Shown here piece after piece: positions 61,962 through 64,000 of a stretch of DNA of 64,000 nucleotides. Position 1 is the stretch's first letter. Each line of letters opens with the position of its first letter. This DNA is from an uncultured bacterium (GTDB lineage Bacteria > JACRDZ01). The notes beneath the pieces were generated by a model. The model ran no database searches. It saw nothing but the letters and a program-made list of their open reading frames with translations, and was not told where the DNA came from. Both the position numbers and the translations under genes were made by a program. Location of the stretch: assembly GCA_964457585.1 (NCBI GenBank), contig CAYWFU010000006.1:8846-72845 (forward strand), read 5' to 3'.

Positions 61962-62922
61962 GAATTTCAGTTTGGTCTATATGAATATTTTCACCTTTTG
62001 AAGCTAAGCGAATATTTTCAAATCCTTCTATTTCTCTTAATGCAGAGTTTAATCGTTCTTCACCTGAAATCCCAATTAAAAAAAATTTAATAGAATAAAC
62101 TACCCTTAACATATGTAAAATTAAATATGCTCTATCTTTTAATGTTAAAGAAACATCTTTAGCTTTCTGTAATCCCGGTTTTAAATCATTAAGTCTGTTA
62201 AGTAATTCATCCGCATCATAATTAATATAACGAGAAGGTACTGCAATAAATTCCACATGGTTACTTTCCCTTATTTCATAAGTATCTTCTACAAAAGCAT
62301 TATCAACTATTGGATATGGGAACATTCCGATCATCACTCCACGTTTAACTTTTGAAACTAAAGGGTCTACCGGATGGTTAACATATTGATTTGGAACTAT
62401 TCCGTGTATATATTTTTCCTTCCCAATTAAAAGTTCTGCTTTACCTCTGAAACTGCCAAGTCTTATGTAATTTGGAAATTTTTCGAGAATATCATTATTT
62501 AAATGTAGATAACCGTTAAATATTGTTTCAGGCAGCAATGAAAATATTCTATATGCTTTTAAGACTTCGTTTCTGCCAATGCTTTTCCCTAATATTTTAG
62601 CAATTCCAAATCCCGGTTGAATGAAATAATCCATATCCCCTTTAATTGTTTCAACTATATATTCAATTTTTCCTTCAATAGAAGCTGGAGTAAAATAAAA
62701 ATCAGGTTCAATCCATGAATGCTCATATCTAGGGATATTTCGGCCTCCGCCTTCATCACTAATAACATATGATTGATCATCCCTTACTCTTCCCATGCAC
62801 CAAGATACTGCATGGTTAATAGCAGTTGCATGCAGATATATTTGTGTATATGCGCCCGAAAGAGCTTCTTGTGAATAAAAAAGCGGGTCAATGAGTTTTA
62901 TTATATAAGGATAAACTCGCAT
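61843..62922 (-). CDS. csc1: Type I-D Cas5d/Csc1 with a ~128-aa C-terminal extension
   Basis: PLFYSQE...YLHATAINHA, IRLGSFRGKA, HPVDPL; directly downstream of csc2. Confidence 0.75.
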   Translation of the reverse strand: MRVYPYIIKLIDPLFYSQEALSGAYTQIYLHATAINHAVSWCMGRVRDDQSYVISDEGGGRNIPRYEHSWIEPDFYFTPASIEGKIEYIVETIKGDMDYFIQPGFGIAKILGKSIGRNEVLKAYRIFSLLPETIFNGYLHLNNDILEKFPNYIRLGSFRGKAELLIGKEKYIHGIVPNQYVNHPVDPLVSKVKRGVMIGMFPYPIVDNAFVEDTYEIRESNHVEFIAVPSRYINYDADELLNRLNDLKPGLQKAKDVSLTLKDRAYLILHMLRVVYSIKFFLIGISGEERLNSALREIEGFENIRLASKGENIHIDQTEILGFIEKIERAIETCEEKIKRDPKSRESENTRKSSSNIIL

Positions 62923-63768
62923 TTACTCTTCTCCTTCTTGTCCTTCTTCTTTATTTTCCTGTGTTTTTTCTTTAGGTTTTTTATCTTTTTTGGGAGCACG
63001 CTTATCAATTAATTCTTTGAAAATAGCTGGAATTTGGGTATTCAATGTAGTATATGATGTTTCAACTGCCGGCAGCCCTGACAGTATAGTAATATCGTTT
63101 GAGATTGATGAAGTTTGTAATAAATTATAAATGCTCAAATTTTCTCTATCCGATAATTCAGCATGTAAAATATTTGTTTCAACGCGTCCCCATTCCACGC
63201 TTCTAGCGCCGATTCTTGTTAATCTTTTTAGGTTATCAACTATAATTGATGCCATTTCTTTTGTTGGATCTTTTATTGTTACAACACCTCTGAAAACTGT
63301 TTCTTTTGGAACGGTAAGGATTGTCATTAAAGCTTGTCCCGTCATTAAATCTTTTTCACCAACAGCATTCTGAGTATAATTTTCTACTCCTTTAACTTCT
63401 TCGGTTGATATAAAAGTTTCACCAAGAACACGGGATAAAATATTATATGAAACTTTGCTTGAACTGGTTTCGCCTGTGCCTCCAAAGAGTAAACAAGAAG
63501 GGCAATTAAGACATAAGTCATCTTTAAGCGCACAATTAGATTGAATGTTTAATTGCCTCTGTTTTTCCAGAACTAATCTCCTTAATTTCCCTTTTACTTT
63601 TCGCCATGGAATTATGAATCTGTTTTCAATAGATTTGTAATGATGAGTTAAAACTTCTTCAGCTTCATTACTGCGAATAATCGCATCATCCAATAATTTA
63701 ATCTCAATAAGCAATTGCAGATATATACCTTTACTTAATAATGATGGTGTTTCAAGAAAATTAACCAT
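62923..63768 (-). CDS. csc2: Type I-D Cas7d/Csc2
   Basis: RK.KGK.RR, C..C..CP.C.LFG, SRV..E.FIS, RIGARS...G; AAGGAGG RBS before the ATG at 63768. Confidence 0.8.
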   Translation of the reverse strand: MVNFLETPSLLSKGIYLQLLIEIKLLDDAIIRSNEAEEVLTHHYKSIENRFIIPWRKVKGKLRRLVLEKQRQLNIQSNCALKDDLCLNCPSCLLFGGTGETSSSKVSYNILSRVLGETFISTEEVKGVENYTQNAVGEKDLMTGQALMTILTVPKETVFRGVVTIKDPTKEMASIIVDNLKRLTRIGARSVEWGRVETNILHAELSDRENLSIYNLLQTSSISNDITILSGLPAVETSYTTLNTQIPAIFKELIDKRAPKKDKKPKEKTQENKEEGQEGEE

Positions 63769-64000
63769 TGACAACCTCCTTTATGTTTGGATAACGTTTT
63801 AATAAATATATTGATGACAGAAGCGCATTCTTGGTTTGAATGAAAGCTGAAATGTCATTCTGTCTGAGATCAAAATATCTCTTTAATATTTCTTTGGTTT
63901 TTTCAACAAAAGGTTTTAGATCTGAAACATCAACTTTTGCTATTGAATCCTCTTTTGTTTTATCTCCTGAAATATTTTCCTTAATTAAAGATAAAAATTT
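63761..64000 (-). CDS. 3' end of the gene upstream of csc2, probably Cas10d/Csc3 (partial)
   Basis: 80 open codons ending ...KEVVNG* and overlapping the csc2 start; helical composition; position expected for cas10d. Confidence 0.55.
   Translation of the reverse strand, partial: KFLSLIKENISGDKTKEDSIAKVDVSDLKPFVEKTKEILKRYFDLRQNDISAFIQTKNALLSSIYLLKRYPNIKEVVNG

Overview
AT-rich chromosomal window from an anaerobic, probably diderm bacterium. Bases ~1-45.5 kb are mostly housekeeping (tmk-holB-ricT, metG, tatD-radical SAM fusion, rfaE2, rnhB, DEAD-box helicase, galT, purA, UbiD, secDF, aminotransferase, UbiA/MenA-like prenyltransferase, dxs, leuB, lepA, alr). Embedded among them are three unusual redox genes: a 2584-aa exported cytochrome with 38 CxxCH motifs (manual count) and an Ig-like/beta-helix tail, a 51-codon single-CxxCH mini-ORF just upstream of it that the ORF track missed, and an exported cytochrome c-superoxide reductase fusion. 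Bases ~45.6-64 kb are accessory and partly decayed: several toxin-antitoxin pairs, recQ, yafQ and AAA-ATPase pseudogenes, a GC-richer O-antigen-ligase-like gene, hdrCBA, and a type I-D CRISPR-Cas locus. In that locus Cas5d carries a ~128-aa C-terminal extension, is followed by a wHTH gene and an HTH-nucleotidyltransferase gene, cas2 is not visible (a truncated four-helix-bundle gene sits between cas1 and cas4), and the array is one intact plus one degenerate repeat. Intergenic DNA holds many REPs, MITE-like palindromes and 6-7-mer repeats; one IS200/IS605-like palindromic element sits in frame inside a CDS. No rRNA or tRNA genes were recognised. All family assignments come from motif recognition, not database searches.
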